Origin: a virus
Length of the DNA stretch: 36,444 nt
IMG/VR virus record: IMGVR_UViG_3300045988_155528
Coordinates: 1-36,444 of that record
Direction: 5' to 3' (one strand)
In this document: one piece after another, positions 29,669 to 36,444 of the stretch
Position numbering within the stretch: position 1 is the stretch's first letter
How the letters are laid out: each line of letters opens with the position of its first letter
Program-made: the position numbers and the translations under genes
Notes under the pieces: model-generated
Seen by the model: the letters and a program-made list of their open reading frames with translations, nothing else
Told to the model about the DNA's origin: nothing
Database searches by the model: none

Positions 29669-31783
29669 GTGCCAGATCGCAGCATAAGAACAAGGTTCGA
29701 GCTTGAAGGGGAAAAACAGTATAAGCAAGCCATATCGGAGATTAACAGCGGCGTCAAAGTCCTTGACTCCGAAATGCGGAAACTGTCTGCCACATTTGAG
29801 GGTGAAACGGGAAGCCTTGACTTTCTTGAGCGAGAATATGACATCCTCAACCGAAAAATGCTGTCGCAAAAGGACTCCGTTGAAACTCTGCGGCAGGCCG
29901 TCAAGGACGCCGGACAGGCATATAAAGAGTCTGATCCCCGCTTGCAGCAATGGATCATCAGACTTAATGACGCTGAGACTGCTCTGGCGAAGACCTATGG
30001 AAAACTCGGAGAGGTTCAAGCGGCTATTGATAATGATTTTATCGACACCCAAACCGTCTACGTCAAGGAGCTCTCCGAAGAAGTAAAGGTCTTTGATTCT
30101 CAACTGGGCTTGCTCGATAAAACTTATAAGGACAACGCCGACAGTGCCGAGTACCTGAGTCAGAAACAAGAGATTCTCAAGGCCAAAATTAGCAATCAAG
30201 CCGAAGCCGTTGATGTTCTCGATGCCGCCCTCAAAAAGTCTATTGAGATTCACGGGAAAAGCGCCCAGCAAACGCGAGACCTTCAAATTGCGCTCAACTC
30301 TGCAAAAGGCGAGCTTATCGAAACTCGGTCAGCCGCCGACGATACGGCAAAGGCTATGGAGGAACTCAACAAGCCCGTAGAGGAGACCGTTCCGGAGATG
30401 AAGTCCCTCGGTGATGTTCTCGACACCGTCGCTGACAAACTCGGTGTTAAGCTGCCGGACGGTATCTCTAAGTTTACCGGAGGTCTCGGTAAGATTCCGG
30501 TTTCCACCGCCGCGGCCGCAGCCGGTATAGCCGCCGTCGTCGCAGCGGGGATAAAGCTTGAGCGCAAGCTGATGGACATCACGCAGGAGTCAGCAGCTGC
30601 AACCAAGGAACTCGAAGCGCTCTCCTCACAAGTTGGCATCAGCACGCAGAATCTGCAAGCGTTTCAGTATGCCGAAGATTTTATTGACGTCAGCACGGAC
30701 ACTCTTGCTGATTCACTCAAAGACCTGACCACCAAAATGTCCGACGCGGCGAACGGCAACGAGGAGACCGCCGCGAAGTTTGACCAGCTCGGCGTATCTA
30801 TCTACGACGCACAGGACAACCTCCGCAGTTCCTATGACGTGTTTCTCGACGTGATAGACGGCCTCGGCGAGATGGGCAACCAGGCAGAGCGCGACGCGCT
30901 GGCCATGGGGCTTATCAACGAGAGCGCGCAGAAGCTGAATCCGCTAATTGAGAGCGGGACAAGCTCCCTTCGCGGTTATGCGGATGAGGCAGAACGGGTC
31001 AGTTACGTCTTAAGTAACGATCAGGTTAAGGCGTTAACGGATACCTCGAACGCACAGCTTGAACTTGAAAAAGCGCAAGAATCCGTAACGAAACAGCTTA
31101 GCTCGCAATATGCCCCATACATGGAGGCCACGCTCAACATGCAGCGTGAGCTCACCCTTGAAGCCGGGAAAGCCCTTGTTGACAGTGGAATAATCGAGGG
31201 TTTCGGTCGCCTACTTATTATAACCACCAATATTCTCGCTCCGCTGGGGACCTTAACTGAGAAGGTTCTTCCCGCCTTGGGCTGGGCCCTTAACGGCATT
31301 GCCGGTGTAATGGCTGTTATTGCGGACACTGCCGACCTCATTACGGGTTTCCTTTCACTCAACTGGGGGAAGGTAACTACGGCTCTTGGCTGGAACTCGT
31401 CCCATGCCAGTTATACACAGCGTGTGCTGTATGGCGGCGACTATAAAGACGGTTACAAGAACGAAAGTTACTATCAGTCTTCCGGCAACTATTACGATCC
31501 CGAAACTGGTCTGTGGACTGGTAACTATTATCGTTATAACAACGCCGGGGGCAACGACAACTTCCCCGGAGGGCGCACGAGGGTCGGCGAGAACGGCCCG
31601 GAGACCGTTTACCTGCCGCAGGGGACGGTCATCGCCAACGCGCAGGAGACGCGCGCTGACGGCGGCTACGACACGCCTGTCAACGTCTACATTGAGGCGC
31701 GGACAATTCAGGAATTCAACGACATTATCGAGATAGTGCGCGACGCCCAGCGCGTCCGCCGGATGAAGGGAGCGCCGAGATGA
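29669..31783 (+). CDS. Tape measure protein
   Basis: 704 aa, highly helical, with hydrophobic central segments (GKIPVSTAAAAAGIAAVVAAGI). Canonical position. Confidence 0.9.
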   Translation: MPDRSIRTRFELEGEKQYKQAISEINSGVKVLDSEMRKLSATFEGETGSLDFLEREYDILNRKMLSQKDSVETLRQAVKDAGQAYKESDPRLQQWIIRLNDAETALAKTYGKLGEVQAAIDNDFIDTQTVYVKELSEEVKVFDSQLGLLDKTYKDNADSAEYLSQKQEILKAKISNQAEAVDVLDAALKKSIEIHGKSAQQTRDLQIALNSAKGELIETRSAADDTAKAMEELNKPVEETVPEMKSLGDVLDTVADKLGVKLPDGISKFTGGLGKIPVSTAAAAAGIAAVVAAGIKLERKLMDITQESAAATKELEALSSQVGISTQNLQAFQYAEDFIDVSTDTLADSLKDLTTKMSDAANGNEETAAKFDQLGVSIYDAQDNLRSSYDVFLDVIDGLGEMGNQAERDALAMGLINESAQKLNPLIESGTSSLRGYADEAERVSYVLSNDQVKALTDTSNAQLELEKAQESVTKQLSSQYAPYMEATLNMQRELTLEAGKALVDSGIIEGFGRLLIITTNILAPLGTLTEKVLPALGWALNGIAGVMAVIADTADLITGFLSLNWGKVTTALGWNSSHASYTQRVLYGGDYKDGYKNESYYQSSGNYYDPETGLWTGNYYRYNNAGGNDNFPGGRTRVGENGPETVYLPQGTVIANAQETRADGGYDTPVNVYIEARTIQEFNDIIEIVRDAQRVRRMKGAPR

Positions 31784-33801
31784 GCACTACACTGACACTG
31801 ACCGCGAATAAGTCGGCGGCAATATCCCGGACATCCAGCAATGCAGCAACAGATTTCAACGACCACACTTCGACGATGGTTGACCTGTCCTGGAATCTTG
31901 GCCGGGTCGACACAAATTATTTGCTTGCCGGGTTCCCGGCCGTCGCAGCGTCTTACGATTATAAGCCCATCCTCCGCGCGGTCGTCAAAGCTTATCTGAG
32001 CTGCGACACCGACTACACGACGTCCGCGACAAAAAAGGTATGGGTCGAGAGCGTCACATCCGATTGGGACGAAGCGAGCGTTACCTCTCGGAAAGTGGCC
32101 TTTGCCCCCGGTTCCGGGTTTGTCAGCGTGCCGGGCGGTGCGGCGGGCGTATACCAATTTTCAGCGCTTTCAAAGGAATCCGCGAGATACGCTTTGCTGC
32201 ACGGCTGCGCGATACACTCCTATTCAGCCCCGCTGTGGTACCTGTCGGTCGGCACCTCCCGCTACTCTTCACCGCCGCAACTTCTCATCACGTTTGACGA
32301 CAGCAACGTCCAGCCAAGCTTGATAACACCGTCTCCGGCAAGCGGAGCGCGGCTCAACAAGGCCTCGGCAATAACGTTTTCAACAAGCCTTGTGCAATCC
32401 AGTGCCTTCACGCTTAAGAATCTGACCGCGGTAAGCGGCACATTTGAATACCGGCTTAAAGGTGCATCGTCCACAACAACGGCGGCCGCGACAATAAGCT
32501 CTACTACGATTTCATACACTGCCCCGGCCAACACATTCGCCGCCGGAGAGTATGAATACCGCTTTACGGTCACGGACAATCTCGGCCAGACGGCCTATAC
32601 CGCATGGTCGTCATTCGACACCCGCGACACCATTCCTGTCGCGACGCCGCTCAGCCCCGACAGCTCTCTCGAAGCCGGCACACAGGCGATCACGTTCCGC
32701 TGGATGCACAGCAACGAGAGCGGCAGTGCGCAGACCAAGGCAGAGCTACAGAAGAGCGCCGCCGCCAGCACATGGACAACACTCGGCACCGTGACGGGCG
32801 CAGCCAACGAGTACGCCGCCCCGGCCGGTACATTCACCTCCGGGACATGGTACTGGAGAGTACGCACCTACAACCTCGACGGCGCTGCCGGAGAGTGGAG
32901 CACCGCGCTGTCGTTCGTTGTCGTCGCGGGCCCGACTAAGCCCGTGATCGTAGTCAAGGACGCCTCCCCGCGTCCGCTCATAAACTGGCAGACCAGCGAA
33001 CAGAGCGCCTATCAGCTACAGCTTGACGACATCATAGATGTCACCGAGTACGGCAGTGAGAAGACGTGGCGCTGCCCGGTCTATCTCGACGACGGGGCGC
33101 ATACATTCTGCGTCCGCAGCCAGAACAGCTATGGACTGTGGAGCGAATGGGGCAACGCGACCTTTACCGTCAGCCACACCGCGAGCGGGGCCGTCGTGCT
33201 CACGGTCGACGCGGATCACCGCGCAGAGCTGTCATGGAGCTACGCCGGGAGCTGGACCGAGTTCGTGGTCTACCGCGACGGCGTTGCGATAGCTAAAACG
33301 ACGGACTACAGCTATACGGACGACTACTCCGTCGGCACCGTGAGGTATCAGGTGCGCGCCTGCGCATCGGACGGGACGTATAACTATTCGCTCTCGAATG
33401 AGGTCACAGTATCCGTCATGCCCGAGACCGTCATGCTGTCGGCTTTAGGCTCCGGGAAATGGCTGTTTTTAAGGCTCTCCACGGCACAGCACAGGACGAA
33501 CACGATCAAGGCCTCGCGCGCGTTCAGCCTGACGCATCTGTCCGGGCGAAAATTCCCGGAGGCGGAGCTGACAGAGTTCTGCGACCGGTCGATATCCGTC
33601 AGTTATGCGACGGACGACGAGGCTGAAAAGACCGCGCTGGAGGCGCTGATGGGCTCCCCCGTCTGTCTCAAGACGCCGGGCGGCAAGATGGTCATAGGCA
33701 TCCTCGACACGCTCAGCGAGACGGAGAGCATGTTCTACAGCTCCTACACCTTTGCCGTGAGCCAGATGCACTATCCGGAGGAGGTCGATCTTGATGCGTG
33801 A
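31780..33801 (+). CDS. Distal tail protein (Dit) with long N-terminal Ig/FN3-like extension
   Basis: 673 aa. The last roughly 150 aa (KWLFLRLSTAQHRTNTIKASRAFSL...CLKTPGGKMVIGILDTL) resemble siphovirus tail component domains. The upstream part contains repeated beta-rich units (for example YEYRFTVTDNLGQ and WYWRVRTYNLDGAAGEWS). Confidence 0.7.
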   Translation: MSTTLTLTANKSAAISRTSSNAATDFNDHTSTMVDLSWNLGRVDTNYLLAGFPAVAASYDYKPILRAVVKAYLSCDTDYTTSATKKVWVESVTSDWDEASVTSRKVAFAPGSGFVSVPGGAAGVYQFSALSKESARYALLHGCAIHSYSAPLWYLSVGTSRYSSPPQLLITFDDSNVQPSLITPSPASGARLNKASAITFSTSLVQSSAFTLKNLTAVSGTFEYRLKGASSTTTAAATISSTTISYTAPANTFAAGEYEYRFTVTDNLGQTAYTAWSSFDTRDTIPVATPLSPDSSLEAGTQAITFRWMHSNESGSAQTKAELQKSAAASTWTTLGTVTGAANEYAAPAGTFTSGTWYWRVRTYNLDGAAGEWSTALSFVVVAGPTKPVIVVKDASPRPLINWQTSEQSAYQLQLDDIIDVTEYGSEKTWRCPVYLDDGAHTFCVRSQNSYGLWSEWGNATFTVSHTASGAVVLTVDADHRAELSWSYAGSWTEFVVYRDGVAIAKTTDYSYTDDYSVGTVRYQVRACASDGTYNYSLSNEVTVSVMPETVMLSALGSGKWLFLRLSTAQHRTNTIKASRAFSLTHLSGRKFPEAELTEFCDRSISVSYATDDEAEKTALEALMGSPVCLKTPGGKMVIGILDTLSETESMFYSSYTFAVSQMHYPEEVDLDA

Positions 33802-34825
33802 GACGCGATACAAGCTCAACGCCCTGCGCAATGGGGCGTTTCTTGCGGAGCTGCTCTTCTCCCCGGACGACGCGCCGAACATCAAGTTTGCCGCGGATGG
33901 TGAAATAAAGGGCAGCTTCTCCGGAGCTATTATCCCCGATGAGCGGTTCGATCTGCTGCGCGACGAGCTCCAGCCGATGATCTTCACCGGCACCGGCTGG
34001 AAGAGCTTGGGCATCTTCCGCCCGACAACTCCGACGCTGCAAGGCAGCACGACCGGAGAACGGCAGCAGATCACCGCCTATGACCGCGGCTGGATACTGA
34101 AAAATGACCGAATTGAAAGCCGCCTGTTCATCGCGGCCGGGACGAACTATATAACCGCAGCTGAGCAGCAGCTCGCTGCGGCAAACATAGCCCGGACGCG
34201 CATCATCCCCAACGCCTCCACGCTTCCGGCTGACCGTGAGTTTGAACCCGGAACGACGAGGCTCGACATTATAAACACTCTGATGGGCGAAATTGTATAC
34301 CGCGACGTCTGGTTTGACGGAGATGGCCTGGCACATCTTGAGCCTTATGCAGCGCCCGCCGTCGAGCGGATCAAGCACCGGTACAGTTCACGCAACATTC
34401 TGCGGGAGCCTATGGCCCCGGATTACAGCGCCGGGACGGACATCTTCTCCGCGCCCAACGTGTTTATCTGCACCTGCGCGAACGCCGACCGGAGCACGAC
34501 TCTGACGGCGACCGCAGTCAACGACTCCCCGGTGTCTTCCAAAAGCACTATCAGGCGCGGGATGCGCATCTGTCAGCAGGTCAAGGTCAATGAGATCGCC
34601 GATCAGGCAGCGCTTGACGCTTACGCGAAGAGGCTCGTTACAGAGTCGCAATTGAGCACACAGACGGTCGAGTTTTTCACACTGGCCGAAGCCGGGCACG
34701 GAGTCGGGGACATTATCGCGATAGATCACCCGACCATTGGGGGAATTTATGAGGAGACCGGCTGGAGCCTCACTCTCCGCGCCGGTGAGCTCATGAAGCA
34801 CACTGCGAAAAGGACGGTGCTGTAA
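33794..34825 (+). CDS. Tail-associated / baseplate hub-like protein
   Basis: 343 aa. It follows Dit with an 8-nt overlap. Confidence 0.65.
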   Translation: MRETRYKLNALRNGAFLAELLFSPDDAPNIKFAADGEIKGSFSGAIIPDERFDLLRDELQPMIFTGTGWKSLGIFRPTTPTLQGSTTGERQQITAYDRGWILKNDRIESRLFIAAGTNYITAAEQQLAAANIARTRIIPNASTLPADREFEPGTTRLDIINTLMGEIVYRDVWFDGDGLAHLEPYAAPAVERIKHRYSSRNILREPMAPDYSAGTDIFSAPNVFICTCANADRSTTLTATAVNDSPVSSKSTIRRGMRICQQVKVNEIADQAALDAYAKRLVTESQLSTQTVEFFTLAEAGHGVGDIIAIDHPTIGGIYEETGWSLTLRAGELMKHTAKRTVL

Positions 34826-35067
34826 TGGATGAGTTCTTCAACCTGCCCGCCGCCGAGGCGGAGCGTCCGCAGTTCCTGATCGCCACTGTCGGCGCTGTCG
34901 CGACCGACGGCGTGACGCTGATCTTCGCGGGCGAATCCGCACCGTCGACAAAAAAGTACAAAGGCAACGCCGCTCTTACGCTGAAGGCCGGGGATCGTGT
35001 GAAGCTGTCCTACGACAGCGGCACGTACCTGATCGACTACGTGATCGGCGTGCCGAAGTCCGGATAA
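34825..35067 (+). CDS. Small baseplate-associated protein (DUF2577/XkdR-like pattern)
   Basis: FLIATVGAVATDGVTLIFAGE...LKAGDRVKLSYDSGTYLIDYVIG. Confidence 0.55.
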   Translation: MDEFFNLPAAEAERPQFLIATVGAVATDGVTLIFAGESAPSTKKYKGNAALTLKAGDRVKLSYDSGTYLIDYVIGVPKSG

Positions 35068-35078
35068 GGAGGTACACC

Positions 35079-35390
35079 ATGCTGACTATCCTTCAGGGGG
35101 ACGCGCTGAGCGTCCCGATATCCATCAAACTCAACGGCATAGAAGTGACCACCGCCGATATAGTGGCGGTCAAGGTCACGATGGGCGGCGTTGAAAAACG
35201 CTATCCCGGCGAGATCACATACGACTCCGGCCGATTTCTTTTCCCGCTGACGCAGGAGGAAACGCTGGGCATGACGCCGGGCGTCAATGAGGCGATAATC
35301 CGCCCGAAGTTCTCCGCCGAAAGCCTCCGCGGGGCGAGGATAAAGACCGCCTTCAGCGTGATCGCCTCGCCCGACAAGGAGGTGCTGTGA
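35079..35390 (+). CDS. Hypothetical tail-tip protein (103 aa)
   Basis: AAGGAGG RBS and coupled to the next gene. Confidence 0.6.
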   Translation: MLTILQGDALSVPISIKLNGIEVTTADIVAVKVTMGGVEKRYPGEITYDSGRFLFPLTQEETLGMTPGVNEAIIRPKFSAESLRGARIKTAFSVIASPDKEVL

Positions 35391-35650
35391 TGGGCTGCTG
35401 CGGGCTGACCGTCGAGCTGATAGACGAGGCCCTGACCGTTGAGCTCGGCCCCGCCATCGTCGGCAGCGGCGGGGGCATCTATGACTATTATGACGGCGCG
35501 TATGAAGTCGAACCGCTCCGGACGGCACAGGTGCTGGAGACCAAGGGGCTCGTCATGCGCAAGGACGTGAACGTCCGGGGCGTCACCTTTCAGCAGACCA
35601 CCAACGCCGCCGGAGGAAAGACCTGCAACATAGGAGGTGCAGATAACTAA
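35390..35650 (+). CDS. Hypothetical tail-tip protein ending in an NAAGG.T..IG motif
   Basis: ATG at 35390 lies 7 nt after AAGGAGG. The C-terminus TTNAAGGKTCNIGGADN parallels the end of the next gene. Confidence 0.6.
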   Translation: MGCCGLTVELIDEALTVELGPAIVGSGGGIYDYYDGAYEVEPLRTAQVLETKGLVMRKDVNVRGVTFQQTTNAAGGKTCNIGGADN

Positions 35651-36225
35651 TGGGAAACAGTAAAATCATTTTTTACGGCGAGACCCTGATGGATCTCACC
35701 GGCGATACCGTGACCAAGGAGAAGCTGCTCAAGGGCATCACCGCGCACGACAAGGCCGGTGATCCCGTCATCGGCACGTGTGAGTTTGACAGCGACACGA
35801 GCGACGCCACCGCGAACGTGGACGATCTCCTCGCCGGGGAGACCGCTTACGCGCGCGGCGCGAAGCTTACCGGCACCATGCCGAACCGCGGCGCTGCGGC
35901 CGGGGAGATTGCCTCCAAGGACGGTGAGTACACCATTGAGCTCGGCTACCACGACGGCAGCGGCAAGGTCGGCATAGCCGCTGCGGAAAAGCTGAAGCTC
36001 GTCGCCGGGAACATTAAGAAAGACGTGACAATCCTCGGCGTCAAAGGCACTTACGGCGGCGAGAGCGTCAACGCGCAGAGCAAGAACGCGACCCCGGCCA
36101 AGACGGCACAGACGATCCTCCCCGACGAGGGGTATGACTACCTCTCTGAGGTCGTTATTGCCGCCGTGCCGTACACCAGCGCCGCGAACGCTGCCGGAGG
36201 AATGACCGTCACGATCGGAGCCTGA
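35650..36225 (+). CDS. Tail fibre paralogue 1
   Basis: The N-terminus MGNSKIIFYGETLMDLTGDTVTKEKLLKGITAHDKAGDPVIGT is paralogous to the next gene. Internal motif DTSDATANVDDLLAGETAYARGAKLTGTM. The protein ends in NAAGGMTVTIGA. Confidence 0.7.
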   Translation: MGNSKIIFYGETLMDLTGDTVTKEKLLKGITAHDKAGDPVIGTCEFDSDTSDATANVDDLLAGETAYARGAKLTGTMPNRGAAAGEIASKDGEYTIELGYHDGSGKVGIAAAEKLKLVAGNIKKDVTILGVKGTYGGESVNAQSKNATPAKTAQTILPDEGYDYLSEVVIAAVPYTSAANAAGGMTVTIGA

Positions 36226-36227
36226 GC

Positions 36228-36444
36228 ATGGGAAACAGTAAGATCGTCTACTATGGCGAGACGCTGATCGACCTCACCGGCGACACCGTCGAGCCTGCGA
36301 AGCTCCTCAAGGGCATCACGGCGCACGACAAGAAGGGCGAGAAGATCACCGGCACATTTGAGGCGGCCGCCCCCTACGCGATTATCAGCGTGACATACCC
36401 CTCGGGGAGCGTCTGCACCTGCACGAACGGCACACTGACGCTGA
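36228..36444 (+). CDS. Tail fibre paralogue 2, N-terminal part (continues at base 47 after removing the 46-nt overlap)
   Basis: MGNSKIVYYGETLIDLTGDTVEPAKLLKGITAHDKKGEKITGT. It is in frame with bases 1-633 across the terminal repeat. Confidence 0.75.
   Translation, partial: MGNSKIVYYGETLIDLTGDTVEPAKLLKGITAHDKKGEKITGTFEAAAPYAIISVTYPSGSVCTCTNGTLTL
36399..36444. repeat. Terminal overlap identical to 1..46
   Basis: Direct comparison of the two window ends. Confidence 0.95.

Larger units (their letters stand above)
1..36444 (+). mobile_element. Complete temperate siphovirus genome (HK97-like head, HNH/cos-type packaging), circularly permuted in this window
   Basis: Lysis, lysogeny, replication, packaging, head and tail modules are all present. 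The first 46 nt recur at the end, so the sequence closes on itself. Confidence 0.85.

Noticed and set aside
1-36444. Reverse transcriptase/DGR, virulence toxin genes, antibiotic resistance genes, phage tRNAs
   Set aside because: I looked for these while reading all frames and saw none. Absence of evidence from reading by eye is not proof of absence.

Overview
The window is a complete, circularly permuted genome of a temperate HK97-like siphovirus. The unit length is 36,398 bp, because bases 1-46 recur at 36399-36444. The host looks like a high-GC Firmicute, judging from AGGAGG-type ribosome sites and Clostridia-type gene families. Module order is as follows. The tail-fibre gene ends at 633 and small accessory genes run to 1616. 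The lysis cassette is at 1627-2959. A cargo block next to attP is at 3042-6150. attP (3' half of tRNA-Thr GGU plus six arm-type repeats) and a tyrosine integrase are at 6160-7591. hicAB, a low-GC TerB-like/BRCT gene and two XRE regulators on the minus strand are at 7600-10706. The genetic switch is at about 10730-10870. The early operon at 10893-17967 carries a DUF2829/Tad2-like gene, Cro-like regulators, an excisionase-type HTH, a DnaD-like initiator with internal iterons, DnaB, ParA and an unusual ParB-fusion protein. Small Cys-rich proteins, an orphan beta-class methyltransferase, an HUH Rep-like protein and a Cys-rich KTR protein are at 17984-21238. HNH, TerS, TerL, portal, protease, capsid, connectors, tail, tape measure, Dit, Tal and tandem fibre genes run from 21344 to 36444 and wrap to 633. 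The strongest signal not explained by the genes is a 17-bp palindrome, GTGCCCGAATCGGGCAC. It has six perfect copies and one variant dispersed around the genome. Five copies abut stop codons and two lie in frame inside the ParB-like gene. My leading hypothesis is a dispersed centromere (parS-like) set for the phage ParA/ParB, which would imply a phage-plasmid option alongside integration; alternatives are listed. Other leads are a 34-bp-repeat-bounded cassette of two convergent tail-anchored membrane proteins, a possibly spore-surface-related cargo cluster, a TerB/BRCT moron, a hicA with an ATA start, and paralogous fibre-gene junctions. All functional calls rest on motif recognition by eye; no database search was run.
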